In this document: positions 1 to 9,276 of the stretch, in pieces | Position numbering within the stretch: the stretch's first letter is position 1 | Layout of the letters: each line of letters starts with the position of its first letter | NCBI GenBank assembly: GCA_963752915.1 | Contig: CAVVZZ010000013.1 | Span: forward strand, 24,954-88,953 | From: Ignavibacteriota bacterium | GTDB taxonomy: Bacteria > Bacteroidota > Ignavibacteria > UBA10030 > UBA6906 | Length of the DNA stretch: 64,000 bases | Reading direction: 5' to 3' | The notes under the pieces: generated by a model | Database searches by the model: none | What the model was told of the DNA's origin: nothing | Seen by the model: the letters and a program-made list of their open reading frames with translations, nothing else | Position numbers and translations under genes: made by a program

Positions 1-281
1 TCGAGCTCCCGTTTTGCAGCGGCAAGAGGAGACTCTCCGATATCGATGTATCCTCCGACAGGGGCCAACGCCACACCATCCACAGCATATTTCGTTTGCC
101 GGAAGCAAAGAAATTTCCCGTCACTTGTCAGGACCGCGATATTGATGTAGTCCGGGGTGATGATCCACGGCCAATTTTCAATGGTCCTCCCGTCAGGGAG
201 GAGGAGCGCATGATTTTCTACGGTCACCCACTTGCTGTGTCGATATGCTGTTTCTCGGGAGAGCGTTTTCCACGGTTCCAT
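1..281 (-). CDS. NUDIX hydrolase, N-terminal part (gene continues past the left window edge)
   Basis: Manual minus-strand translation from the ATG at 281: MEPWKTLSRETAYRHSKWVTVENHALLLPDGRTIENWPWIITPDYINIAVLTSDGKFLCFRQTKYAVDGVALAPVGGYIDIGESPLAAAKRELE. The end matches the start of the Nudix box (G-x5-E-x7-REL). It is missing from the ORF track because the window truncates it. Confidence 0.6.
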   Translation of the reverse strand, partial: MEPWKTLSRETAYRHSKWVTVENHALLLPDGRTIENWPWIITPDYINIAVLTSDGKFLCFRQTKYAVDGVALAPVGGYIDIGESPLAAAKREL

Positions 282-318
282 AACGTTCCTTTGGTAGTTG
301 CCTTTCGAGAATGCTTCC

Positions 319-2202
319 TTACCGTTCCTTGATCTCCGATGGGTCTTGCAGGATGTGGAAGGCGATGAACGATCGGTGCCCCTCAGCATGGTAGACGCGT
401 TGCGTAGCCGTGCGCATTGCGTTCGCGTCCGACACGTGCGGCGAGATGAACTGTTGCGGATTGCGTTCGACCAGCGGGTACCAGCTGCATTGCACCTGGA
501 CCATCAGGCGGTGACCGGGAAGAATGGAATGGTTGATGTCCTGCATGGTGAAGACAATGTCGGTCGGCTTCCCGGGGGTCATGGGTGTGGGATGGACGAA
601 TCCATTCCGAAAACGCGAGGGCATCACGTCGCCCCGCAGGAGCATCTGATATCCGGTCATACGGAATTCCGCCGATCGATCGTCGGCATTGGTTGAGGAA
701 TCCGGGTAGACATCGATCAATTTGACCACCCAATCGCAATCGGTTCCGGTCGTACTTACGGAAAGGTGGACTTCGAGGGGTCCGACGATGGTCATCGGGT
801 GATTGAGGGGAGGTGTCTGATATACGAGGACGTCGGGTCCGCGCCCCGCGAACCGTTGATCCGCAACCATAAACTCTGCTGCACGCCAATTGCGGATTGC
901 GGGATCATACGGAACCGGCCGATTCGGATCGCTGATGAACTCGTCGTTTCCCGAAGTCTTGGACGACGGGGAAGTCGTGAGATGGCCTGCATGTTCGAGA
1001 TAGACCGTCAACGGCCGTGCCGTGGGGGGTGGCCAGGCGTCGTAGGTACGCCAGACGTTCGATCCGGTTTCGAACATCCAACGATTGGGGCTAAAGGCGA
1101 CTGAGCTGTCCTTCAGGAACCGAACAAAGAACGGAAGTTCGATGCTATCGCGGAAGAACTGGGCGGTCTTCTGGCCGAAAGTGACGTTTCCGAGATTCTC
1201 CCCGTTCTGCCATTCCCAGCCGCCGTGGGACCACGGTCCCATGATGAACGACACCGAGGATTGCGGGTTCAGTTTCAGGATCGACCTGTACGTCGCAAGC
1301 GTTCCGTAAAGATCTTCGGCATCGAACCATCCACCGACAACGAGAATTGCCGGCGGCATGTGCGAGAGATGGGGGAGGATATTCCGTTCGGTCCAGTACC
1401 TGTCGTAAGTGTTGTGGACCATCATGGAATCCCAGAACGGCATCTCCCCGTCGCAGTACCGTTTGTTGAGCCCGGCGGGCGTGCCCGACTGGAGGAAAAA
1501 TGCATAGGCATCCGGAGTATGGAACGTGTACCCTTCCGGTCCAGTTGTCGTCGGATGGTCGTGGATCCTGTCGAACCCTGAAGAGAATCGGAAGTTGTCG
1601 AGGAGAAAGAAAGCGCCGTTATGGTGGACATCGTCGCCGATGAACCAGTCAGCGATCGGCGCCTGCGGCGAAATTGCCTTCAAGGCCGAATGGGCATCGA
1701 TGGAACCCGCGGAGGTGTAGAACCCGGGATAAGACACTCCCCACATGCCAACCCGACCATTATTGCGAGGAACGTTTCTGATCAACCAATCAATCGTATC
1801 GTAGGTATCGGAGCTTTCATCGATGTCGCTGGATGACGTCTTCGTTGGGCGGTGCGGGGTCATGTTCACGAACATGCCTTCAGACATGTACTGTCCCCGG
1901 ACGTCTTGCTCGACGAAAATGAATTCCTCGCGGACAAAACCTCTCGACGGACCGAGTGCAGAAGGATAGGCATCAGCACCGTATGGTCCGCATCCATACG
2001 GCGTTCGGGTGAGCAGAATGGGGTAGGACCGGGAAGTATCCCTCGGCGAGTAGACGACTGTGTATAGAGTACACGAGTCTCTCATCGGAATCATGTACAC
2101 ACTCTTCGCATACATCTGCTTAATGGGCTCGGCTTCCTGCGCAACCCCCTGGGAAAGTGAGATGGCAGCCAGCGTCAGAACCAGAAAGAGAGCTCGTTTC
2201 AT
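319..2202 (-). CDS. CocE/NonD family hydrolase (S15 X-Pro dipeptidyl-peptidase-like), secreted
   Basis: ORF 319..2295. The likely start is the internal ATG at 2202 (MKRALFLVLTLAAISLSQGVAQ signal peptide). Serine nucleophile motif GMWGVSYPGFY. Length and C-terminal beta-sandwich region are typical of the S15/CocE family. Confidence 0.75.
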   Translation of the reverse strand: MKRALFLVLTLAAISLSQGVAQEAEPIKQMYAKSVYMIPMRDSCTLYTVVYSPRDTSRSYPILLTRTPYGCGPYGADAYPSALGPSRGFVREEFIFVEQDVRGQYMSEGMFVNMTPHRPTKTSSSDIDESSDTYDTIDWLIRNVPRNNGRVGMWGVSYPGFYTSAGSIDAHSALKAISPQAPIADWFIGDDVHHNGAFFLLDNFRFSSGFDRIHDHPTTTGPEGYTFHTPDAYAFFLQSGTPAGLNKRYCDGEMPFWDSMMVHNTYDRYWTERNILPHLSHMPPAILVVGGWFDAEDLYGTLATYRSILKLNPQSSVSFIMGPWSHGGWEWQNGENLGNVTFGQKTAQFFRDSIELPFFVRFLKDSSVAFSPNRWMFETGSNVWRTYDAWPPPTARPLTVYLEHAGHLTTSPSSKTSGNDEFISDPNRPVPYDPAIRNWRAAEFMVADQRFAGRGPDVLVYQTPPLNHPMTIVGPLEVHLSVSTTGTDCDWVVKLIDVYPDSSTNADDRSAEFRMTGYQMLLRGDVMPSRFRNGFVHPTPMTPGKPTDIVFTMQDINHSILPGHRLMVQVQCSWYPLVERNPQQFISPHVSDANAMRTATQRVYHAEGHRSFIAFHILQDPSEIKER

Positions 2203-2871
2203 CGAAAACCCCTCATTTGTGCAGAAGTTCGCCATTTCCCAAACAAATAGCGAATTCCTTCGGGTTGGGCTTGCGTCATTTACAGATTTTCGCAATATTG
2301 GCAGAGACGGGTTTCACTACGATCCACAAAGTCACCCTTTGTCATTTTCTAGCAATTGCTATGGCAAACGACCCAAAGATCTTTCCTGATCGATCCGCAT
2401 ATGCCGGCGGTAGCGGCACCCCGTCCTCTCACCTCTCAGCTTCTTTCCATCTCTGCGTTCACGATTTTTCCATCGACTGCGTCGCGTGTCCGGACTACGA
2501 CGAATGTCCGTATCCGGATCGGTCATCGTCGCTCATGTCGATCGTCGTGCCCGCGGCGGTAACCTTGTTGTCCGGCCTTGCTCTCCTGACATTCTTCCTA
2601 TTGGTTCGTTGAAGGTAGATGTTCTGACGGTGCAATGTCTTCTCATCCGGCTTATTGGATTTGACCCGCGCGGCGTGACTGCGGTTTCGCTATTGGGAGG
2701 GACCATGAACATTCGAATATCTGTCATGCAATGATCCTTTTTTCCTGATTGGTTGCTCATGCTCCGAAATGCACGCCAACATCTCAGGATTTGTGGGTCG
2801 GACGCCGCGTGATGCAATTATCGATATTCAAAGATGATGGGAGAGGCTGATTTTTTGCGCGAGAACCTCTC

Positions 2872-5751
2872 ATGAACATATCCCGAATTGCCCTCCTCGC
2901 TGCACTCTTTTGTGCCCTCGTCACTGTCCTTCACGCCCAGTCCTTGCTCTTTCGCGACTACTCCACACGTGACGGCCTCCCGGACAGCCGCATTGCTCCG
3001 ATTCTTCAGGATCATCGCGGATACCTTTGGCTCGGAGCCCAAGCAGGGTTGGCGCGCTATGACGGGCATGAATTTGTGACGTTCGGTCCGGCGCATGATA
3101 TCCCGGGAATCTTCGGACGGTCAATCATGGAGGACCGCTTCGGAGCAATCTGGTTTGCGTGTTCGGGATTTCGGGCCGGGCGTGTAACTCGCTACTGGAG
3201 CGATTCGGTTCTCACGATTGATCACTCCAACGGATTGAAGGGGTTACAGCCGTTCGATGTGGTGGATGGGATGAAGAACGACGTGTGGGTTGGCACAGAC
3301 GCGGGAATCGAATGGATCCGATTCCTTGACTCGGCACGATCGCGCTGGACTGTCGACACGTGGAGAGACACAAGTCTGATGGCGTTGTACAGGACGAGGA
3401 ATGGTGTGTTGTATTTTGCCGATGGGAACGGCCTATTCAAAGTCGTGGACGAACATCCAGTCTGCGTGTTCGCGACGGGGCGCAACGACTGGCGCTGGCA
3501 TGTTCGGCCCTACTCATTTTTCGAACAGCCTGACGGTGAGCTCCTTTTTGGGGGCTTCCATGAGGCGTACCTCCTTCGCAACGATACGGTGTGGCGTTTC
3601 GGTTCGGCTAACGGAGTTCCCAGGGGGGGAGTCTGGTGTTTTCAAGAAGATGTGGATGGCTCACTGTATGCCGGGACGATGGATGGACTCTATCGTGTAG
3701 CGCTTTCGCGGTCGGGTCCCGGGTTCATTAAGGTTCCCTCATTCGGCGACGCGATCATTTACGATATGTGTCTCGACGCGGAAGGGAATCTGTGGCTGGC
3801 AAGCTCGCCGGGACTTCGTCGGCTCCTCCGCATTGCAGAAGTTGTGCCATTTCGCAGGAGCGCGGACCTGGCGCATGTCGGACTGGGTCCGCTTGCCTTT
3901 GACGGGAACGGATCGCTCTATCTTGGCTCACGGAACAGCGGGGTGTATGTTTTGAATGGAGAGAACCTTTCGCATATGGTTCCTCCCCAGCCTTTCAGCG
4001 GGCGTACCGTCAGTGCCCTCCTGCCGCGGTCGAACGGCGATGTGTTCGTGGGACTGTGGAGGGGCGGCCTTCTGCTCCGACATTCCGACAGGATGACAGT
4101 CTACACCGTTCGCGACGGTCTGCCGTCGGACAATGTCCACGCGCTGGAAGAATCGCACCGAATCATCGTCGGAACGGCGGCGGGGCTGGCGACGATCGAG
4201 AGCGAGGGAGTCATGCGCATGGTCCGCACGGACGCCGGGGAACCGACGGTGTTCGACATCACCAAAGGTCGGGATGACACCATCTGGGTCGGAACCAGCG
4301 ACGGGGTGAATGTCTATCGTGATGAACCGGACTCGCTTGACCAGGTTGCGCCCCCCTTGTCAGTCCGACCGCTCTCGGGAATGAACGTCAACGTAGTCTT
4401 CCGTGACGCGGAATCCCGCATCTGGTTTGGGACTGACGGCCATGGCGCATTTTGTACAGTCGGAGACTCCCTCGAACATTTTGGTCGGGACGACGGATTG
4501 ATCGGGGACAGGATCTTTGCGATCGCTCAGGATTCCCTTCGCCATATCTGGTTCGGGACATCCACCGGGCTGAGTTGCTATGATGGGAGATGCTTCCGGA
4601 GTCTCGGGTATGCAGAGGGCTTTGGCGAAATCGGGATGCACGGGATTGCCGTGGAAAAGGACGGGTCTCTCTGGGTGAGCACGTATCCCGGGCTTACTCA
4701 TCTGGAGCCCAGTCCCTTCTTCCGCAGCGATGCTCCGAGGCCGCTCTATCTCACTGCCACCCTTGTGGATGGCAAGCCCGCATCTTCTCAAACCGGGATT
4801 GTTCTTCAGCCGGGCGCAGCCGTGATTTCGTTCCATTTTGCTGCACTCAGCTTTTCGGACGAACGCAATGTCCGGTATCGCTACAAACTTGAGGGATTCG
4901 ACCGTGACTGGTCCGCCCCAACAGCATCGCGGGAAGTCCGCTATACGCACTTGCCACCCGGTTCCTATACGTTTGCGGTTATCGCACGAACCGGTGACGG
5001 AGTATGGAGCGTCCGTCCGGTACAAGAGTCGTTTGTGATACTTCCTCCGGTGTGGGCCCGGTGGTGGTTCCTGATGTCTTCCGGATTGGCGATCGTTCTC
5101 GGCATCTACGCCCTCTACCGGTACCGGTTGGCGAAGATGCTCGAAATCGAAAGAACCCGAAGCAGGATCGCGATGGACCTCCACGACGACATCGGATCTA
5201 CGCTGACGCGCATTTCGGTGATGACCGAGGTGGCAAAGCGGCAGAGTCCAGAGGATGCGCCGGTCCAGGCATATTTAGGTCGCATTGGGGACACTTCGCG
5301 GGACTTGATAGAATCCCTCAGCGACATCGTCTGGTCGGTGGATCCGCGACATGACACTCTTCAGGATGTAGTCCGGAGGATCGTTGAATTCGGGCAGGAA
5401 GTGTGCGACGGACGTTCCGTCATATTTGAGACGGACCTTCATGGATCGTTTGATGCGGTGCGTCTCACCTTGGAACGGCGCCGCGATATTTATCTCTTTT
5501 TCAAAGAAGGGCTTAATAACATTGTGCGGCATTCGAAGGCGACGCATGCACGTGTCAGACTCCAACCCACGGAACGTGGAGCACTTATTGAACTTTTGGA
5601 TGACGGGATTGGCCTGCCACCTGAGCCGGACACCGACCGACATGGTCTTACAAGCCTCAAGGAAAGAGGACAAAGGGCTGGGATAGCCTGTACCATTGAA
5701 AGCACGCCGGGTGAAGGGACGAAGATCTCTCTGGAGATCAAAACAGCATAA
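2872..5751 (+). CDS. Sensor histidine kinase with periplasmic beta-propeller/Y_Y_Y-type region, one TM helix, and HisKA_3 + HATPase_c
   Basis: Signal peptide MNISRIALLAALFCALVTVLHAQ. Long repeat region. TM helix WWFLMSSGLAIVLGIYALYRY. H-box RIAMDLHDDIGSTLTRI, N-box EGLNNIVRHSKA, DDGIGL and TPGEGTKISLEI. Confidence 0.85.
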   Translation: MNISRIALLAALFCALVTVLHAQSLLFRDYSTRDGLPDSRIAPILQDHRGYLWLGAQAGLARYDGHEFVTFGPAHDIPGIFGRSIMEDRFGAIWFACSGFRAGRVTRYWSDSVLTIDHSNGLKGLQPFDVVDGMKNDVWVGTDAGIEWIRFLDSARSRWTVDTWRDTSLMALYRTRNGVLYFADGNGLFKVVDEHPVCVFATGRNDWRWHVRPYSFFEQPDGELLFGGFHEAYLLRNDTVWRFGSANGVPRGGVWCFQEDVDGSLYAGTMDGLYRVALSRSGPGFIKVPSFGDAIIYDMCLDAEGNLWLASSPGLRRLLRIAEVVPFRRSADLAHVGLGPLAFDGNGSLYLGSRNSGVYVLNGENLSHMVPPQPFSGRTVSALLPRSNGDVFVGLWRGGLLLRHSDRMTVYTVRDGLPSDNVHALEESHRIIVGTAAGLATIESEGVMRMVRTDAGEPTVFDITKGRDDTIWVGTSDGVNVYRDEPDSLDQVAPPLSVRPLSGMNVNVVFRDAESRIWFGTDGHGAFCTVGDSLEHFGRDDGLIGDRIFAIAQDSLRHIWFGTSTGLSCYDGRCFRSLGYAEGFGEIGMHGIAVEKDGSLWVSTYPGLTHLEPSPFFRSDAPRPLYLTATLVDGKPASSQTGIVLQPGAAVISFHFAALSFSDERNVRYRYKLEGFDRDWSAPTASREVRYTHLPPGSYTFAVIARTGDGVWSVRPVQESFVILPPVWARWWFLMSSGLAIVLGIYALYRYRLAKMLEIERTRSRIAMDLHDDIGSTLTRISVMTEVAKRQSPEDAPVQAYLGRIGDTSRDLIESLSDIVWSVDPRHDTLQDVVRRIVEFGQEVCDGRSVIFETDLHGSFDAVRLTLERRRDIYLFFKEGLNNIVRHSKATHARVRLQPTERGALIELLDDGIGLPPEPDTDRHGLTSLKERGQRAGIACTIESTPGEGTKISLEIKTA

Positions 5752-5795
5752 ATGTGCGGTTGTGCGACGTTGCTTCTCATCATATATTGGCGTTC

Positions 5796-6440
5796 ATGGG
5801 AAAAACAAACTCAATCCGCGTCGCCCTCATCGAAGATGAGAAGGAAGTCCGTCAGGGGCTCTCGTATATTCTCAATCACACCGAAGGATACACCTGCGTC
5901 GGTCAGTATTGCACCTATGAAGAAGCCTTCGACGCTCTTACCGAGCCTCCGGATGTCCTTCTCTCGGATATCGGCCTCCCCGGTCTGTCCGGCGTCGACG
6001 GCGCTCGCGCCTTCAAGGAACGATTTCCCTCCACGGCGATCGTCATGCTCACGGTCTACCGGGATGATGAGAGGATCTTCCGGTCGATATGGGCCGGTGC
6101 GACCGGCTACATCCTCAAGAAAGAGCCCCCGGGCAGGATTCTAGATGCCATCAGGGAGGTCCACGCCGGCGGCGCAAGCATGTCCTCCGAGACCGCGCGA
6201 CAGGTCCTCGAAGCATTCCGGAAATTGATTCCCGACCGTTCTGGGCCGAACGTCCTGACGAAGCGTGAAGAAGAAATCCTGCAGGAGATTATTCAAGGCA
6301 ACAGTTACAAGAGCATCGCCGATCATCTCTTCCTGAGTGTTCACACGGTGCGGTTTCACATTCGAAGCATCTATGAAAAGCTTCATGTTCATTCAAAGTC
6401 CGAAGCTGTCGCCAAAGCTCTGAAGGACCGCATCTTCTAG
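5796..6440 (+). CDS. NarL/LuxR-family response regulator
   Basis: ORF 5754..6440 with the likely ATG at 5796 (MGKTNSIRVALIEDE). Receiver motifs VLLSDIGLPGLSG. C-terminal LuxR helix-turn-helix LTKREEEILQEIIQGNSYKSIADHLFLSVHTVRFHIRSIYEKL. Immediately follows the kinase gene. Confidence 0.9.
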   Translation: MGKTNSIRVALIEDEKEVRQGLSYILNHTEGYTCVGQYCTYEEAFDALTEPPDVLLSDIGLPGLSGVDGARAFKERFPSTAIVMLTVYRDDERIFRSIWAGATGYILKKEPPGRILDAIREVHAGGASMSSETARQVLEAFRKLIPDRSGPNVLTKREEEILQEIIQGNSYKSIADHLFLSVHTVRFHIRSIYEKLHVHSKSEAVAKALKDRIF

Positions 6441-6594
6441 ATCGACCGGGATCCTGACCCACCCGTTTATGCTGCATATGTGCCCCGCCACCTCCACCCC
6501 CGTCGGAAATTCCATCCCTTTGTGCGATTGTCCCCCTGATTCGCGCCGCCTATATTGCTGCGTGTTTGTATAGCCACCATCGGGAGGGGGATTC

Positions 6595-9222
6595 GTGCTC
6601 ACATCACGCGTCTGTATTCTCGGCGTGCTTCTGCTCGGCATCCGGGTCCAGGGTGCATCGCAGGGTCAGGAAACGAACGGCTACCATATCTTCACGATCA
6701 CCGTGAATACGTCGTCTCCCTCCCAGCTTGTCATCGACCGCGGTCGGTTGGCGTGGATTGACAACGACATCAGCAGCGGGTCGCATTTCCTCAAATTCTA
6801 CTCCGGCGCTGACATTCTCACTCTTGATTCCAATCTGACCAGAGCGCCGATCGCCCTCGGTCGCGATCATCTCGTTTGGAACACCTCCGCGGAGGTCGTC
6901 CGCGCCTATGACATCCTCGATGGGAGCACCTCGGTGCTCGGAGATTCCTACAACCCGGATGGCAGTCAACCGGTCGCGGTCGGCGACGGACTCGCGGCGT
7001 ACGCTCGACGGAAAGCGGGCACTGGAACCAGCATTGACCTTCACAATTTTCAGGAGGGGACCGATACGCTGCTCAGCGCTGCGCTCTGGAACACCCAGCC
7101 GTCGATCCATCAGGGTCAGGTCGCATGGGTGGGATCGGATTCAGCAGGCCTGTCGGCGCGTTCCGAGATCTATCTGTTCGACGGTCGGCCTGCTGCGAAG
7201 ATCAGCGGCGGTACACATGCGGTCAACAGTCGCCCGATCCTTCGCGATGGGCAAATTGTCTGGTTCTCCACGGATAGCACGGGCGTAGCGGTAATGCTGT
7301 ACACCGGTGATTCGCTTCTTACCATTGCACGATCAAGCAGCGCGTCGAGCGTCGTGACAGGGTATGATGTAAGTGATGGGATCGCCATTGCGGCGGTCAC
7401 CGACACGGTGACGCTCTCGGGGACGCTTCACGTGTACGATGCGGAACACCGTATCCTGACGATTCTGGCCGACTCGAACGGTATATGGAGTCCGCACGTC
7501 AGCAACGGCCTGGTCGTCTGGCAATCCGGCATCGGCTCCGGGAGGCAGGCGTTAGGTTACGATCTGCGCACCGCAACGACGGAAACCCTCGGCGCGGCGG
7601 AGAACCCTGTGATCGATGAAGATATGGTCGCCTGGACGTTCGGCGATGCGGTGGAACTGAGGCGCCTGGTGTCATACCGGCAGCTTACCACCGACGGGAT
7701 GAACGGATGGGAACAAACGAAATTCAAAACCATCGACAGCAACCGCGTCATCTGGGGGAACTTCGCCAACGATCAGCATATGCGCATGTTCGCCTGGGAC
7801 GGAGCTTCCGCGAACCGGTTGAGTGACTCTGCCGGAACACGGGATCTTGTCATGGCCAACGACGGGTACGCGGTATGGCGCCTGAATGCAGACTCCCTCT
7901 TTTACTACGACTGGGTCCACCCGCCGGTGAAATTTCTTGACTCCGTACAGTCGGAGAATGCATACACGGCGGGGGGTGCGGTCAGCTTCTTCGGGGCGAA
8001 GCTCACCGTTCCTGATCCCGTCAAGTACCCGTGGCTCTATGACATCGAAACGAATCGGCTCACGCAGCTGAGCACAGACAGCAGCAACGCGGGAAACGTT
8101 CTGTGCGATGGCGCCACCGCATGTTGGGAGAATCTCACCACCCAGCGGTTGTTATTCTACGACGGCGCGGTGACGACCACGATCAGCGATTCCGCCATTG
8201 TCGGGGACTACGTGTATCGCCACGGGCTCATCGTCTGGACGCAAATACGAGACGGCGTCGCGCAGGTCTTTGCCTACGACGTTGCGCAAAAGGCCGAGGT
8301 CCAGGTGACCACAGGCGGAACGGACAAGTATCGACCGGTGACCGACGGGACTGCGGTCTTCTGGTTCGAGAATGCCGTATTCAATGTGACGTACATCGAT
8401 GCTGATCTCGTCTATGTGAGTCACCTCGGCGCGACACCCGCCCGAATCCACCACGTGCCTTCACGCAGCATCTTCTGGAAGTGGATGAGCGAAGGGAAAT
8501 TCGCGTGGGTCTCCAACGGCAACGTTGCCGTCTTCGATGGAAACGTCATCAGTGAAATCGCGGAAGGGTCGAGCTTCTTCCTCAACGATGCACACACGGA
8601 CAAAGGGTACGTCGAATGGAGAAGGATGCTCCCTCCGCCCGCCCAGGACAGCGGGAACATCTATCTTGGCGCCCTCGTCCCTCACGTGGCGTTCGATGCA
8701 AAGGATATCACGGGCGTCGCGCCCCTCCCGGTGACGTTCACGAACCGATCATGGGAGGGGGATCGAACATACCTGTGGAATTTCGGGGACGGGACGTCGA
8801 GCACGGAAAAGGACCCGGCCCACACGTATATGCACCCCGGGGTGTACAGCGTCATGCTCACGGTAAGCGGTCTCAGCTCCACCGTTTCTGAAAGAAAATA
8901 CGCCCTTGTCAGGGTGGGCTCTGCGACATCGGTGGCATCGTCACGCATTACCCTCCCCTCCAGGGTTGAGCTCTATCAGAACTATCCGAACCCGTTTAAC
9001 CCCACGACGGGGATCAGGTATCAGCTGTCAGGGAACAGTACCGTACAGATCGTGGTGTACGATATCCTGGGGCGTGAAGTGGCTGTGCTTGTGCACGAGA
9101 AGCAATCAACGGGAACCCACGAAGTACGGTTCGATGGCAGCCGGCTTTCGTCGGGAGTGTATTTCTATGCACTCAGGACCGGAGCGGGACGGATTGTCCG
9201 TTCGATGATTCTCGTGAAGTAG
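6595..9222 (+). CDS. Secreted repeat protein with PKD domain and T9SS C-terminal sorting domain
   Basis: GTG start preceded by GGGAGG. Signal peptide. PKD motif VTFTNRSWEGDRTYLWNFGDGTSSTEKDPAHTYMHPGVYSVMLTV. C-terminal sorting domain (CTD) LYQNYPNPFNPTTGIRYQL...VVYDILGREVAVLV...GVYFYALRTG...MILVK. Confidence 0.8.
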   Translation: MLTSRVCILGVLLLGIRVQGASQGQETNGYHIFTITVNTSSPSQLVIDRGRLAWIDNDISSGSHFLKFYSGADILTLDSNLTRAPIALGRDHLVWNTSAEVVRAYDILDGSTSVLGDSYNPDGSQPVAVGDGLAAYARRKAGTGTSIDLHNFQEGTDTLLSAALWNTQPSIHQGQVAWVGSDSAGLSARSEIYLFDGRPAAKISGGTHAVNSRPILRDGQIVWFSTDSTGVAVMLYTGDSLLTIARSSSASSVVTGYDVSDGIAIAAVTDTVTLSGTLHVYDAEHRILTILADSNGIWSPHVSNGLVVWQSGIGSGRQALGYDLRTATTETLGAAENPVIDEDMVAWTFGDAVELRRLVSYRQLTTDGMNGWEQTKFKTIDSNRVIWGNFANDQHMRMFAWDGASANRLSDSAGTRDLVMANDGYAVWRLNADSLFYYDWVHPPVKFLDSVQSENAYTAGGAVSFFGAKLTVPDPVKYPWLYDIETNRLTQLSTDSSNAGNVLCDGATACWENLTTQRLLFYDGAVTTTISDSAIVGDYVYRHGLIVWTQIRDGVAQVFAYDVAQKAEVQVTTGGTDKYRPVTDGTAVFWFENAVFNVTYIDADLVYVSHLGATPARIHHVPSRSIFWKWMSEGKFAWVSNGNVAVFDGNVISEIAEGSSFFLNDAHTDKGYVEWRRMLPPPAQDSGNIYLGALVPHVAFDAKDITGVAPLPVTFTNRSWEGDRTYLWNFGDGTSSTEKDPAHTYMHPGVYSVMLTVSGLSSTVSERKYALVRVGSATSVASSRITLPSRVELYQNYPNPFNPTTGIRYQLSGNSTVQIVVYDILGREVAVLVHEKQSTGTHEVRFDGSRLSSGVYFYALRTGAGRIVRSMILVK

Positions 9223-9276
9223 TCTGGGCGCCATGATCCATCACGTCCTTTGCAATTGAAGCTCACGAGGAGGCCG

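Noticed and set aside
2203-2871. ORFs in the 670-bp divergent intergenic region (2157..2612, 2356..2562, 2486..2734, 2533..2817)
   Set aside because: They overlap one another in several frames, have low-complexity or Arg-rich products and no start context. The region is more likely regulatory for the divergent peptidase and kinase genes.
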